DNA of 64,000 nucleotides, taken from assembly GCA_026770705.1 (NCBI GenBank), contig JANJGN010000033.1, positions 14,756,001 through 14,820,000 on the forward strand, read 5' to 3'. A program made the translations under genes and the position numbers. This document shows, piece by piece, positions 37,401 through 51,169 of this stretch; position 1 is the first letter of the stretch; the number at the start of each line of letters is the position of its first letter. Source of the stretch: Isurus oxyrinchus (Eukaryota). The notes below the pieces were generated by a model. The model made no database searches. It had not been told where the DNA came from and worked only from the letters and a program-made list of their open reading frames with translations.

Positions 37401-38700
37401 AACCTCAGTCTATGCAATCTGTCCACATAACTAAAACTATCCAACCCAGGCAACATCCTGGTAAATCTTCTCTGCACTCTTTCTACTGTAATCACTTCCT
37501 TCATAAAATACGGATTCCAGAAATGCACGCAATGCTCTAGCTGTGGCCTAACCAGCGATTTATACACATCCAACATAGCCTTCCTGTTCTGATATTCTAT
37601 ACCTCGGCTAATAAATACATATATTGCATATGTCTTCTTAACAGTCTTATCTACCAGTCCCGCTACCTTATGGGGCCGGTAGACATGCACAGCAAGGTTC
37701 CTCAGATCCTTGGCACTTCCCAGAGTTCTACCATTCATCGTGTATTCCCCTGCCTTGCTTTCCTGCCCAAGTGAGTCACCTCAGTTCTCCAGCTTAAATT
37801 CCATTTGCCACTGATCAACCCATCTGACCAGCTCGTCTGTATCCCTGCAAAATTAATTTAAACCCTCCCTATCCACACCAGTAATCATTACCGTAAGGGT
37901 ATTGGTATCTGTCTGTTGAGTTGCAGCCCACCCCTTCAGAATAGGTGCCTTTTGCACCAGATTTGGTACCAATACCACAGATCTGATGCGCTTTGCCCGG
38001 CACCGTGCTTCAATCCAGGCTTTGACCCTCAATACCATCTTATTTTCTCGCTCGTGAGTACACGGCACTGGGAGTAATTCAACAATTACTTTCTTTGATT
38101 TCTTAGTTTTATATGAGCTCCCTTCTTCTTGATTTCCTGACAGTAGGGCGTCGATGGCTGCCCTCTCGACGTCATTGGCATTAATGTCCACCACAACTTC
38201 AGGATCAATCCTTCCCTCCTGCAGGATATTCTGCACCCTCTTCATGATGTCCTTTACGTTCACACCAATGAGGCAAAACACCACGTGCTCCCTTGGCTAC
38301 GTAATTTCTCATAACATCTGCACTTTGCTTTTTCCACCTATACAGCCCCTTAGCCATTGGTGCTACGGTGGGCTGCAGTCCTGCAGAGTATCATCACTCC
38401 CAGCAGTTTCCAAAGCTGAATCTTTGAGAGTTTCACATACATTCTAATGCGACCTATTCCTAGTCTTCCTGATAGTTACCGATCTACTGTCCTGAATTCA
38501 TTCTGACTTGTGGGTGATCACCAAAATGAAGGTACAATCTACGATATTCTCCAGCTCCCTGATGCTCCACAGAAACTCAGGCTCGGGAATCCTCAGGTTG
38601 AGTTTCACTTCCTATACACGTGACGTGTCCTGAATTTCCCACATGGAGCAGAAACTGCAAGCAGCAGATCGCAGTTACCCATCCATGATGTTCAAAACAC
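34480..38700 (-). mobile_element. Near-full-length decayed CR1 LINE: ORF1 (38690-37853) and ORF2 (36960-34480)
   Basis: ORF1 has an N-terminal CSFCSMWE and an SGNH-esterase-like FCLIGVNVKDI...PEVVVDINAND...EGLN-stop. Endonuclease and RT remnants follow downstream. Confidence 0.8.
36990..37850 (-). mobile_element. Second, better preserved 5'-truncated CR1 lying between ORF1 and ORF2 of the host CR1
   Basis: YKSLVRPQLEHCVHFWNP...ERVQRRFTRMLPGL...LRLFSLE is the CR1 ORF2 C-terminus, out of order relative to the host element. Confidence 0.8.
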
Positions 38701-38809
38701 CACCCTGAATTCTCCCTTTAACAATCTAGCTAGTACTCTAATTAACTTTTTATTTTGAATTAATACACTTAGACTTGTTATCATCTTTCCACCGTATATT
38801 TTTATTATG

Positions 38810-39130
38810 ATTTCATGGGATGTGGACGTCACTGGCTAGGCCAAAATTTATCACCCACCCCTAAGAGACAGTCATATTGCTGTGGGCTTGGAATCAAACG
38901 TAGGCCAGACAAGCTAAGGACAGCAAATTTCCTTCCGTAAATGGCATGAGCGAATGAGATGTGTTTTTTTCAAGTGGCAATGGCAAAAGTCATCATCAGA
39001 CTTTTAATGCCAAATGTTTATATAATTCAAATTTCACCATCTGTCATGATGGGATTCGAACGCGGGTCCACAGCAAATTACCTTTGGTCGCTGCAATGCT
39101 ACCCCAGTGACTATACCACCGACTCCCCCA
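38810..39130 (-). mobile_element. tRNA-derived SINE
   Basis: Minus strand has an A-box-like TGGTATAGTCACTGG, B box GTTCGAATCCC, and the tail ending CACATCCCATGAA. Confidence 0.8.
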
Positions 39131-39644
39131 CTATTAATGCACATAGGGATAAAGTAGCCCGATTTTAATTCTTAATTTTCCAGCTCCAAATTCAAAATAA
39201 AGGGAGGGAGGAAATGTTAATTTTGCAAAGTAAGGGTCAAGCCATCAAAATGGTTTTGAAGGACAGTCCACTGTTTAAATATAGGGCGCCTAGACAAACA
39301 AAGAGATTGAGATGCAGGATAAAATTTCAAGTGCTGTTAATCTCAGATGACTCATGTAACAGAGGTTGGTAGTAGTTACCTGGGACGCCAACGGCAGCCA
39401 AAATGGGGGAGTAACTATTTTGTACATCGTAAAGCGCCCATAGAACCTTGAGCTTTGTCAGAAAATCAAGAGACATTCTTTCCCTTTCGATAATATCGAT
39501 GAAGTGATGGTTGGTCCAGATGCTGAAATTGTTACATTGAGAATGTTCACCTCATTTATAGGAGAGACAATCCATCAGGTGGCAGATCTGAGTCCGCTGA
39601 TTTTTGGGTTCAATTACAATCATTGAACAATAGAAAAGTTAGCA

Positions 39645-39930
39645 GCTTGAACAAAAACAGTAATACCTGGAAAAACTCAGCTGGTCTGACAGCATCTGCT
39701 GAGAGGGATACAATTTACGTTTCGAGTCCATATGAGCCTTCATCAGAAATAAGACATGTAGAAATAAGATGAAATATAAGCTGTTAGAAGGGGGTGGGAC
39801 AGGAAAGCTCGATAGGGGGCCAGTCAGAAGTAGAGGCAAAAAAGAGACTGCCAAAGATGTCATAGAGAAAAGGACAAAGGGTTGTTGACGGTGGGGATAT
39901 TATCTAAAGGATGTGCTAATGCAGACATTG
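39645..39930 (-). mobile_element. Penelope-like element terminal fragment with a near-intact hammerhead core
   Basis: Minus strand 39750-39711 reads ATTT-CTGATGA-AGGCTC-ATATG-GACTC-GAAACGTA-AATT, and the family arm follows. Confidence 0.65.
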
Positions 39931-39989
39931 CGAGAAGCAAGCTTGCTTGTCAGCAGCTTTCTGTCTAAAGTTATTAACAGGAATTGCAC

Positions 39990-40200
39990 AATTTCCAATA
40001 GATATATTAGGCCAACAGCTGTCCATCTGTAGTTGCCCTTGAGCAGGTGGTGGAGAGCTGTCTCCTTGAACCACTGCAGTCTCTGTGGTGTAGGTACACC
40101 ACAGAGCTGTTAGGGAGGAAGTTCCAGTTCTTTGCCCAACGACAATGAAGGAACGGCGACACATTTCCAAGTTAGCGTGGTGTGTGGCTTGGAGGAGAAT
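39990..40200 (-). mobile_element. LINE 3'-end fragment (same family as 47160-48000)
   Basis: TTGCCCTTGAGCAGGTGGTGG...CTTGAACCACTGCAGTC...GTGTAGGTACAC matches 47205-47360. Confidence 0.7.
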
Positions 40201-43200
40201 GAACCATGTAATGTATCATAATCCTAACAAGAATTTACACTGTTACTGCAATTGGTTTGTGTCCTAAGAACTGGTTACCAATTATTCTGGGCTATATTAT
40301 TAGGAAAGATAATTTACTTTAAACTTCAACAACACCCATGAAGACTGATAACTTTCTAACAAGAAAAGACTCCTATGATTCAAATGGAATGAAAACTGTC
40401 GGGCAAGGTTCCATTCTTTTAAAACTTTTAACTTACCGAACCAAATAAAACCAAAATAATTAAAAAATTCAAAGACTAATGTAAAGCTGAAGTGTGCATC
40501 AAAAAGAAAGGTAAATTTCACTTTAAGAACTCTCCTCAACAAAGAAACTTCACAGAGTTACAATCACTGGCATTACTTCCCGCACAAATAGGGGGAACAC
40601 ATGAAATCTTAGTCTTTCCAGATTTGTTCGACTATGTAGGCTCTCACACATCCCACTCAATCATTTCAACCTCTGAATCACATTTATCTGTGGCTGTATT
40701 CAATCGGAAGTCCCCAGATATGGTTACCACTGACAAAATGCACATCCATATCTCTTCTCTCCTTCGGGTCATTGCAGTCCTGAAGGCCCTAGGAAATCTA
40801 TTCTCTGGCCCCTTTGGACAGTCTGGTGGGCACTGACAACACTGAAGCAGCAGCAATCCACAATCCATTGTCCTTCCTATCTTCTATTTCCAACCGCACA
40901 GAAAACATAGTAGTACTATGTCTGCATGATTCTCAGAAATCTACTTCAACACCGGGATGTGTTCAAAGACGGCCACACAGAGAACTGTTCAATTCAGATG
41001 GAACTTGGCTTGTTTCTTCTCTGCACGAAATCTCACTGTGTTCTGAACTGCCAGACAGACACAACTCCCCCGCAATTTCCTTTATATTTATCATTTGCTT
41101 CTTAGCTTTACATCCTGTGGCAATCTCAGGTTACATGGACATTTCTTGGGAACTAATGAAGTTATTATCATAAGAAAATAAGAAATAGGAACATAAGCAG
41201 ACCATTCAGCCCCTCGAGCCAGTTCTGCCTTTCAATAAATACATGGCTGATCAGGAAATTTTTAACCCTCTTTAAGAATACTCTCCAGCCTAATTTTCTC
41301 TTAAAGGAACATCACTCAATAGAAAATACAGACTTTTCCAGCACGTGGGTCATCAAAATTGCGGAGATCAGTCACAATTTCCATGTTAAAAAGTAAGGGG
41401 GAAGAACAGAACCGGAACTTAGAACCTCAGAACTCCTAGAGACAATGAAAAAATTTTGAAATCTGGGCGCAGCTTCACTGTTGGCAACTTTGCATCAGTA
41501 CAGGCCACAATTAAGTGCAGAACCTTAAGGATCATGTGTCAGTTATGCTTCAAGAAGTTGAAAAAGTAAAAAATGAAATTAACTGTTTAATTAACAAAGC
41601 AAATTCTTTGAGATTAGCACACAGTCAGACAAACACATATTTCAAGGTAGTTTCAGTTTTGAGTGGGAAATATGTTACTTTGGCTGACTCACTTTTAGTC
41701 ACTTCCCAAGTGATTTTAAAAACAGGAAATTTTGGAACTTTCATTTCTAAAGACAGTTCATTGGTTTGAAACGTTAATTCTGTTTATCTCTTCAAAAGTG
41801 ATTCCTAACACGTTGAACGTCCCCACCATTTGTTTTTCTTCAACTTCCAACATTGGTGATCTTTTGCTCTGCTCCTCAGTGGAGACATTATTTTAGTACT
41901 GGTTCTATAATAAGCAGTTATTTCTCGCGTTTCTTTGTTTGTGCCGTGTTTTTTTCTTTACCTGGACACCCATCTTTCGCATAATCTACTGTGCTCGTCC
42001 ATTTGTCGTGTTCGCTGTTATTAAATCATGCCTTTTTCCAAGTAGCTGACAAAAGAACATTCCGCAGGTGGTGCGTATTTATCTTCAGGTACAGTAGAAG
42101 TACTTAAAAATCTTTATAATATTCTACGAAAGCCATTTCCATTACCTCGTGATTTGCATAATATTTGCATCATTTCATAATTTGAGCCAAGAAGCATGAA
42201 ATGTTCCGCATATCCTGCATCCTCAATCAGCACAGTTTCACCTACTGAACTGAATGGTACACACTCCAGTAATCCCGCCCCGCCCCCCACCCCCAGCTCA
42301 TTGAGCAACACGGTTATAACTATTAATCCAAGCCCGTTAACACAATGTTTACAGTGATCAGCACTGATTCACCTCTGCCACTTATTCACCTGTTCAGTAC
42401 TAGCGATGCCACGATTATCTCTGTTGTGCTGAGAGCTTATAATTCACCGATAGGACCTAATGCTACCCGGCCCACTTCCAGACTATCTCACTGACCAGCA
42501 TGGGTACACTAATAGATCCTAGTTCTACTCATCGCACTGCATTCCCTATCATGAACAGCAGGGTGAATACCGAAATAAATTGTACAATTAATGCAGGAAC
42601 GAGGCACCACTGATCCCAATGTTAATTTCCATTCCAGAGGCTGGAGTTCATAAGCTGCGTTTCGTAGTTAACAACCATCTTAATTATCCCTGTTATATTT
42701 GGAAGAGAGAAAGTAGTCAGTCCGATTGAAATAGAGTCAATGTCCCATGAAGCCTCTTAATTAAGAGCCACAGTACCCAATAAACAATAGTGATACAGGC
42801 ACCACCCCAGAACTTTTCATACAAGGGTCTGAGCGTCGTAGAGAGGAATGTGTCTCCAAGAGCCCAGATATATAGTCTTGGGATATCGGCGAATTACAAA
42901 TAAACATACGTTTAAAAGCTGGTGATGCCATTCAACTATGATATCCCAAGATATATAGGATGGTAAACCCCCAAGGTAATCTGATGACGACTTATACAGG
43001 GCTGATGATCTAATAAACATTTTTTACACAAAGGCAGATCGGCGAGTCAGTTCCCGAAACACAGATAAACATGATCTATGTAAAACTCTGCTCTCCCAAG
43101 AAATATAGAATTGTGATTCCGAAAACCTCAAATAAACTCAGATGCAGAGCATGCTGATTAAAGCAAATATTTGTAAACCCAATTATATAGGTTGCCTTTG

Positions 43201-43317
43201 CCCCATCATTTTATAAGACGCTTCAGCAGCCAGATGTATTTGCTAAGCAATACTCGCTCCATCTCCTTTAATACCCTCCTCCCTGTTAAAATCATCATTA
43301 TTGGAACGTTAATATAA

Positions 43318-43450
43318 AGGCAAAATACTACGGATGCTGGGATTTTGAAACTAAAACAAAAAATACTGGAAAAACTCTGCTCTGATGAAGAGTCGTAAGC
43401 ATTTGAAATGTTAACTCTGTCATTCTCTCCACTGATGCTGTCAGAACTAT
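43318..43450 (+). mobile_element. Penelope-relic repeat with a hammerhead-like core
   Basis: Arm AAAATACTACGGATGCTGG, then CTGATGA-AGAGTC...GAAATGTTAACTC at 43382-43417. Confidence 0.6.
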
Positions 43451-44419
43451 TGGAACCTTGTCTGTTGCCTATTAAACCCCTTTCTCCGCTCCCTTAAGTC
43501 TTAGTGACACAGCCTCTAACATATTTGGCGGACAATTGGTTGAACCATCCACCCCACAGCTCGTCTGTATCACAGAAAAGGCTTTGAAAGGTGTTACACC
43601 TCATTAATAAACCATGCCAACTCATAGGCAATTGGGAGAAACAAAGATAGCCCCTGCTTTCTCTCTTCCGCGACACTGCTTCTTCCATCTGACCCACCAC
43701 TGCCTCCTCAACTCACGTTCAAAATTCTTGTTAGGGCTAAGAAAGTAGTACTGCATTATAAGGGAATGAATTGCTAAAATTAGAATCTACAGGCAGGCCA
43801 GCACAACCAGTACATCAACAGTTAAACAGTAAAACCAGGTGAACCTTATGCAATGTCGAACATTGTACGCCCACAGGCTTTGCAATCACCAGCGAGGTTC
43901 TTGAAGTTAGATAGTAGAATTAGGTTGGAAAACGACTACGTTTAAGCGTGCAATTCAACAGATAGAGGAAGGACAGGAGGTTCCAGCTTGGATAGGAGGG
44001 AAGGTCTCTGCCTGGGTGAAAATAAGGACATACGATGAATGTAACTGTTACCAAACATGTCAGTTTAATATAAACGTATATGTTGACGAGATAGTAATCT
44101 GAAGACTGTTCTTGTACATGACCAATATTGTATAAATATGGTGAGCATGTGTAATTGCTATCTCAGGCTGCTTTGAGATGGTTCTCTCCTTGCAATTGTT
44201 CGAATAAACAATCGGGACCTGTACCTGAGACTCATGTGGTCCATTTGTCATAGTTACCACAACATTCTCTTGAAGTTTTAAGACAGGGGCCAACAGTTCA
44301 GCTGCATCCGTCGCTTCCTATCTATTTCCCCTATCACACCAATGCAAAGTTCCACATATTTCTCTAATTCTATCCCACATCTTTCCCTCCTTTCTCCAAG
44401 GTTATTTTACACATGAGAA

Positions 44420-46050
44420 CAAGTTTTTCTGACATTGTCACGTCAAAATTTGCCCAAGGATCTAACATTAGCCCATTCTTGTTTATGTTTTACATGGTGT
44501 ATGAGGACATCCTCTGGAAAGGCAATATTACCAGCAATGCCTCTCATTTGTGAGACTGCTTCCCCGTCATGAAGTGCTAGATGAGAAGACACTTCCTCTA
44601 AATAAGTATTGGGAAAGCCGAATCCATTGACTTCAACACCCACCACAAAATGGCTTTCCCAGCCAATAATTCAATCACTCTGCCTGGCAACTGTATGATG
44701 CCCTGTTCCCAGGTGAGATTTTGACTACTAACGGCACCATTAGTAATACCACCCATTTGCCCCTCCTTCAATTCGCTCTATCCTGTGCTCATCCGCTGCT
44801 GAAACCCTCAGTTGCAAAACATAAAATATCTTGCGGTTCATTGATGGCAGCATAGAGTACACGAGCAAAAGCTTTATTTCAAACCTGTGTGAAACACTTG
44901 TTGGGTTTCAGCTGGAGTAATATGTCCAGTTCTCGGTGTAATTTGGGGATGATGTGAAGGCATTGGAGAGGGTGTAGACATGATTCACACAGAGGTTCCA
45001 GGGACAGGAAACTTCAGTTATGAAGATAGATTGGAGGAGTTGGGACTGCTTTCCATGGGGAATAGATGTCAGGAGATTTGATAGGGTTGTTCAAAATCAC
45101 GAGGGATCCAAACAGAGCATTTAGGGAGAAACTGTTCACGGTCGTGTAAGGATGGCGAACGAAAGGGCACAGATTTAAAATAATTAGTACAAGAAAGAAA
45201 AAAGCGTCGAGAGAAACAGCTTTTTCATGCAGCCAGCGGTTATGGCCTGAAACCCACTACCTGAGAGTGTGGTGGAGGTATTTTCAATCTAAACATTCAA
45301 AAGGAATTACAAAAAATATAAAGGCTGCTTCCTGAAAATGAGGAATGCGCAGGGTAGCACTGAGAAGGTGGGAGGATAACACTAAGTGAATTATTTATTC
45401 GGAAAAATGGTGCAGATACGATGGGACGAACAGCCTCTTTCTGCGTTGTTATAACTCTATGATTCTGTGCCTTTCATGCTGCTAATAATAACGATTCGAA
45501 GGCATCCGTTGCCAAAGTTCCATGTGCTGTCCATAAGGAGATCCGAAGCTCGGGCTCAGTCGTTCTATGGCGTACGAAGACCTGTTCCTGATCCACCGCA
45601 GTGCTCACTGACCCTTCCTGGATTCTGGTTAAGCAGAACCTCGATATTTATTGTCATTGTTTTCAAATCCCTCACCCTCGTCCATGTTTGCAACTTCCTC
45701 CATGAGCAAAAACCTCTTTTATGAAAGCAAAATTCTTCAGATGTTCGAAACGTATTTCAAGCTTCTAATCTGTCTGCACTCCTCTTGAACGTGTCCTGTT
45801 CTAACCTGTTCAGCTTCAGGCGCCATACCTTCACCTGCTAGAGGCCGAACGTTCACAATCCTTTAACAAAGCCACTCTGTGTCCAAACCTTTCTTTTTTA
45901 TCGTTTAAAAGACCATTTAAAGCGCTCCATACGCACGAAATGTTTTATCATGTGCACTAATATCCACGTATACATCTTGTTGTTAAATGTCTTGTGGTAA
46001 TATCATGTGGAGCACCCTGGGACATGTTAATAATATAAAGACCCACTGTA
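44420..46050 (+). mobile_element. L2-like fragment interrupted by a CR1 3' fragment (~44790-45470)
   Basis: L2 LNIGK-like motif near 44600. The CR1 part has ALERV and YEDRLEELGLL-like sequence. Confidence 0.6.
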
Positions 46051-47159
46051 GGTTTAACGTTCTGTTGGTGTGTTGTTGGTGATCCTAAGCTCAGAAACCT
46101 CCAGATACAGAATATTGGTGATCCCAATATGGCCATAAGAAATGCACGCAGCAATAGGCTATTCAGCCCTTCGAGCCCGCCTTGGGGGCAGATAATTCCA
46201 GAGACTCACCACCCTCTGAGTGAAGAAATTCTTCCTCACCTCAGTCCTAAATGTCCTGCCCCTTATTCTCAGACTGTGTCCGCTGATCCTACACAACAAG
46301 CCATGGGAAACTTCCTTCGTGCATCTGCCCAGACGAGTACGGTAAGAATGATGTATGTTAAGAAAAAATAAAACCAGGTAGATAGGTGAATGATACAGGA
46401 ATACCCAGGAAAACCGGGATATTCGGGTTGGCAATCCTCAAGGAGACTGATAAACCACAATTATGAAGTTTGGTGTTCACAATAAATCCAGATAAACAGG
46501 AAAGTGATCAGAAGCAAGCAATCAACCTTCCCATAGCCGAGTAATTTGCAATTATTAGAAGGCCACTTGTGATGGTTATAGAAATACTTACAAATCAATG
46601 TAATGTTAATCACCCATTAGTTCTTACATTGCCAAATTCAACTGTCTGTTCCTCTCGAATTCCTTGAAAGGCCTTAAGATTAATCTTTTTCAGCCTCTTT
46701 CTAATTTTCAGTTTAGTTTTATGCGTGTCAGGTTAACGTCAGGACATGACCATTTGATCTATCCTCTTGCTTTTTTAGAGGAATGCATTGATAATCTACT
46801 CTAGCAGTCCCTAACCGAATTAGACTTTGATCCAGTGCTTGTGCAATAGTCACTGACACCAATAGTCTGAAAGGCATTTTGCCGAAATCTATACGAGTTA
46901 GGGATCCTCATATAATATGAAAGAATTACGACGCAAAGATGCAGCATGTTCTATCTTAAAGCAGGTCATTCAAGTCTGAGATGACATTGGTCCAACAGGC
47001 CTCTTTTCCCACTCAATAGCTTCGATTGTCTGAGTGTGGAACCAACTTCCGGTTGGCTGTTGCGCATTTTCACTTACCACACAAACTAATTTCGCCTGAG
47101 GCTTAACGTAGTCATCGGTGTAATAATGACGAAAATGACCTTTTAAAAGAAGTTTTCAG

Positions 47160-48000
47160 GAGGATGTGGGCATCATGGGCTAGCAAGCATTTATTTTCCA
47201 CCCCTAATTGCCCTTGTGAAGGTGGTGGTGAGATGACATCTTGAACCGCGGCAGTCCGTGTGGTGTAGCTGCACCCACAGTGCTGTTATGGAGGAGTTCC
47301 AGGATTTTGACCAAGCAACATTGAAAGTATGGCGATATAGTTCCAAGTCAGGATGGTGTTTGCACTGGCAGGGAACCTGCAGGTGATGGTCTTTCCATGC
47401 ATCAACTCCCTTTGTCTTTCTAGGTGGTAGAGGCCGCAGGTGTGGAAACCCATTGAATGTCAAGGGGGAGATAGTTAGATTCACTCTTGTTGGAGATGAC
47501 CATTGCCAGGCACTTGTGAGCTGTGATTGTTAATTGACACTTATCAGCCCAAGCCTGAATATTGCCAGGCCATGCTGCATTTTGGAACGGGATTTTGCAG
47601 TAGCTGAGGAGTCCGAAATTGGGCTCAACATTGTGAAATAATTCACAAACATCCCCACTTCTGGGCTTATGATAGGTGGAAAGTCAGTGATGAAGTAGCT
47701 GAAGATTGTTGGGCCAAGGACACTGCTCTGTGGAACTCCTGCAATGATGAAACTGGACTGAGATGCGTGAACGCCAACAACTTCAGCCATTTTCCTTTAT
47801 GCTAGTTGTGACTCCAACCAGAGGAGTGTTCGCCACCTTATGCCCACAGACTCCAGTTTTATTCGCGCTTCTTGATGCCATATTTATTCCAGTACGTCCT
47901 TGATGTCAGGACAGCAACTCTCACCTCATTTCCTGAATTCAGCTCTTTGATCCATGTTTGGACCAAAGCAGTAATGAGGTCAGGAGCTGAGTGGCTATGC
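47160..48000 (-). mobile_element. LINE RT and 3' end (same family as 8600-10170)
   Basis: AGVPQSSVLGPTIFSYFITDFP...EVGMFVN. The 3' tail resembles the SINE tail. Confidence 0.85.
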
Positions 48001-48859
48001 TAGAAAATATGGTAAGATTAAGTTTCATGGGCAGAGACTCTTGGTAGTATTGACACTGACAACATTGTGTCTGCAGAAGTGACTAACCTCTAAAAACAGT
48101 AATTTATCATAGAACCTTAGAAGCATAAAATGGCGGCAGCACACGATAAGGCAATTTGGTCAGCTGAGTCTCTGCCAGGTTTCTCATGAGCAATTTCGAT
48201 AGTCTCACTTTCACTCTCTTTCCCGATGCCCTGCATTTTTTATTTTCTTCAGGCACTGATGCAATTTTCTTTTGCTATCCATGAAGGAATATGACTTCAG
48301 CCACCTCTTCAGGCAATGCATCCCAGGTCATAACCACTCGCAGCTACAAAACTTGCATCTACCCAGCAAGGCAGAAAATTGAGCAGGTATGTCTTGTTCA
48401 CAAAAAGCACGACAACACCTTAATGTCAATAAGTGCCCCGCCAGTCTACTTTCTACCATCAGCAAAGTGATGATATCTCATTAAAAACTTATTTATATCT
48501 GTTGAACACGAATTACCCAAACAAAGCCCTGATGGATTTTCCTTGGATGTAATGAACACTTGTCCTAACGGCTGTTAATTATATCCTGGTTATCGTTTCT
48601 GAAACATTTCCTATGACCATGGTATCTGGCTGGTACATCACAATTTGCTTGTCTATATTTGGAGAGTGTATTCTAAGATGCCTGTTTTATTGGGCATTCA
48701 GGCTAACAGACCCCTATAATTTAGAAGTGACCAACATTTCCTTGTTGTTTTGTTGTATTCCTCCCTATCAGCAAGCAAGTGCCACGAAAAGGGAATGCAG
48801 GGAACATGACTGGACATTTTTGCAGGTTGATTGAAGCAACATGAATGAGGGGCGATCGA

Positions 48860-49190
48860 TTGCACAGGTGTAACATTACTGCACATCAATCCAGAGGCGC
48901 AGACTAATCCCAAAGTAGTGGATAGTGGAAATTAAACTCAATTAATTTACATTTCTAGAATCGAATGCTTGTCTTTGTAATGGTGACCATGAAACTATGA
49001 TTGATTGCTTTCGAAACTCATTTGGTTCACAAATTCCTTTTGGGGAAGGAATCTGCCGTGCTTACCAGGTCGGGACTTTAGACACATCTTAACAGTTCTT
49101 TTAAATGGCCCAGTAAGCCATTCAGTTCAAGGGCAGTTCAGATGGCCATCAAATGTTGCTCTTGCTAGCGACACTCAAGTCCCATAAAAT
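48860..49190 (+). mobile_element. tRNA-derived SINE
   Basis: Core TTTGGGGAAGGAATCTGCCGT and tail GGGCAGTT...GCTAGCGACACTCAAGTCCCATAA. Confidence 0.65.
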
Positions 49191-50719
49191 AATTAAATAT
49201 GTGTACATTCTGAAATGGCCTCCTCTCGAATATGGCTTGTTTTAGCTAGTGACTGAGCCAAAACTTCCAGTTCATAACTGAATTAGAGACAAGAATATAT
49301 CCGGTTACAAACTCTCGACATTGTAAAGAAATAAGGCTTGGCTCAGGTAATAATTGAATCTTTGGATTTCGCTGTTTATCCAGGAATATAACACGTCCAA
49401 AGCTAAGGTCAAGGAGGAGTGTGTCGCAACAACTGAAGCTGCTGATCTGTGGAAAATGTTCATTAATATTTGCCAATAACATCTTTACAGTCTGCACATC
49501 ATTCCCGAAGTTTCATTTCCTGAACTCCAGTTGAGGCCGAAGACACATTTTACACAGGTTTGCAAAAGCATCCTTGCTTTTGCATTTAATGTCCCTACTT
49601 ATAAAGCCTGGGGGCACAGTGAACTGTTTTAAAAACTAACGGATAATATAGAGTTGGAAGATTGAAAAACAGCGAAGAAGGATGTGGTAGATTTCAAGTT
49701 ACTATCGACAGGATGCAACCATTCTAAAACACCTGTCAAGTGCAATTCAAAGCAGTAAAGTGTGAGGTTGTATATTTGCGGGTTAAGAGTAAGGAAAAAT
49801 AACTAAATTTAAATTGTACGACTTAAAGGGAGTACACAGACAGAAAGAAATTCATGAAGCGTGCATGTACAGAAATCTCTGAAGATGGAAGGATAGCATA
49901 AAAATAATCAATTTGTTACCCGTAATGTTCAAGTTATTGCGTGGTGCACAAATTCACAAAGTTCTGAAAATCCTATACCAAAAACTAGTCCATCTGCAAG
50001 AGGAATATTGTGGGCAATTATGAATACTGCACTTTAGAAATGAGAAGACATGTTTGACAGTGTAGGGTAATTTTTTTACAAGATGGAGAATAGCAGTGAT
50101 GTGAATGGATTCGAGATGCTCCAGTTTTATTTCTCCTGGAAGGAGAGAATTTTAAACAGTTGTCGAAATCGTGAAGTACTCCATTGAGGAAAAGAAGATA
50201 AACTGCTTTGAATGGGGGACATTTCAGAACGATAAAACACAGACTCATGGTGACATGCAAAAGAGCCAAACATGAGATGATGGAACTAACTTGTAAACAA
50301 CGGAAAACGTTTTCAATAACTTCATTTGAATTTATATTTTCTAATTGATTTCCATCCAATGCATGAACAGAGTTTCATTCACACAGCGAACTTTAAAGCA
50401 CAACGCTTATGTGAACTTAACGGCTGAGCAACATTATATCAGTTTATGAATGAAACATTAATTTGAATTCATTTAACCTGTGTGACTGGACGGATGCTTC
50501 GCTGGCAATGGAGTAAGGGGAGTTGGGAAAATGCAAATCCATGCAAAGTACCCCTGCCATCCTCTCATGGATTTAGCATAGCTTCAAGCATGATCCTGAA
50601 GTTTTAATCATGACTCTTTCCCTAAGAATGCTTTAATAAAGGAAACCAGCATTGTTTATGGAAATATTTGCCGTGAGTTCTTCTCTGGACCGTGTGGAGT
50701 TGTCCTATACATTTCCAAT

Positions 50720-51010
50720 CCTTTATCTTTCTTTATTTCTCTCTCTCTGTGTTTATGTTTCTTTCTGTCTCTCTCTCTCTCACTCTATGTGTCTCTTTCC
50801 TCGATTTTGGCTGTCTTTCACTTTTCTCTCTCTATTTCATCCTTCTCATTTATTCCTTTGTGTGGTGTGTGGGCACTGTCTCTCTTTCTCTATCTGTCTG
50901 TCGGCCTGTCCATCTATTTCTGTCTCACACTATTGCATAAGCTCCATCATTGCTTGTGGTCCTGTCACACTTCTATTATCCCTCTTCCAATTTTTCTAAT
51001 TGCCCCTGTC
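50720..51010. repeat. CT-rich low-complexity tract
   Basis: Degenerate (CT)n, directly visible. Confidence 0.8.
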
Positions 51011-51169
51011 TTTTGTACTTTTATCTGCTGATCCATTGGTTGTTCATTGACCCCAGGGCAGAATAAGTTCCCTTGGAATATTTTTCTCCATCTTTTTCAG
51101 AGTTCCATCCACCCACACCACTCCCCAACCAACCCTCCACCCTGCCCCCCGCCAAGCTGCTAACTTGTA

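Noticed and set aside
43760-44300. Possible Gypsy RT remnant (YVDEIVI-like)
   Set aside because: Only one weak motif, with no convincing flanking RT blocks.
50652-51031. Overlapping hydrophobic ORFs that look like membrane proteins
   Set aside because: They are artefacts of the CT-rich low-complexity tract.
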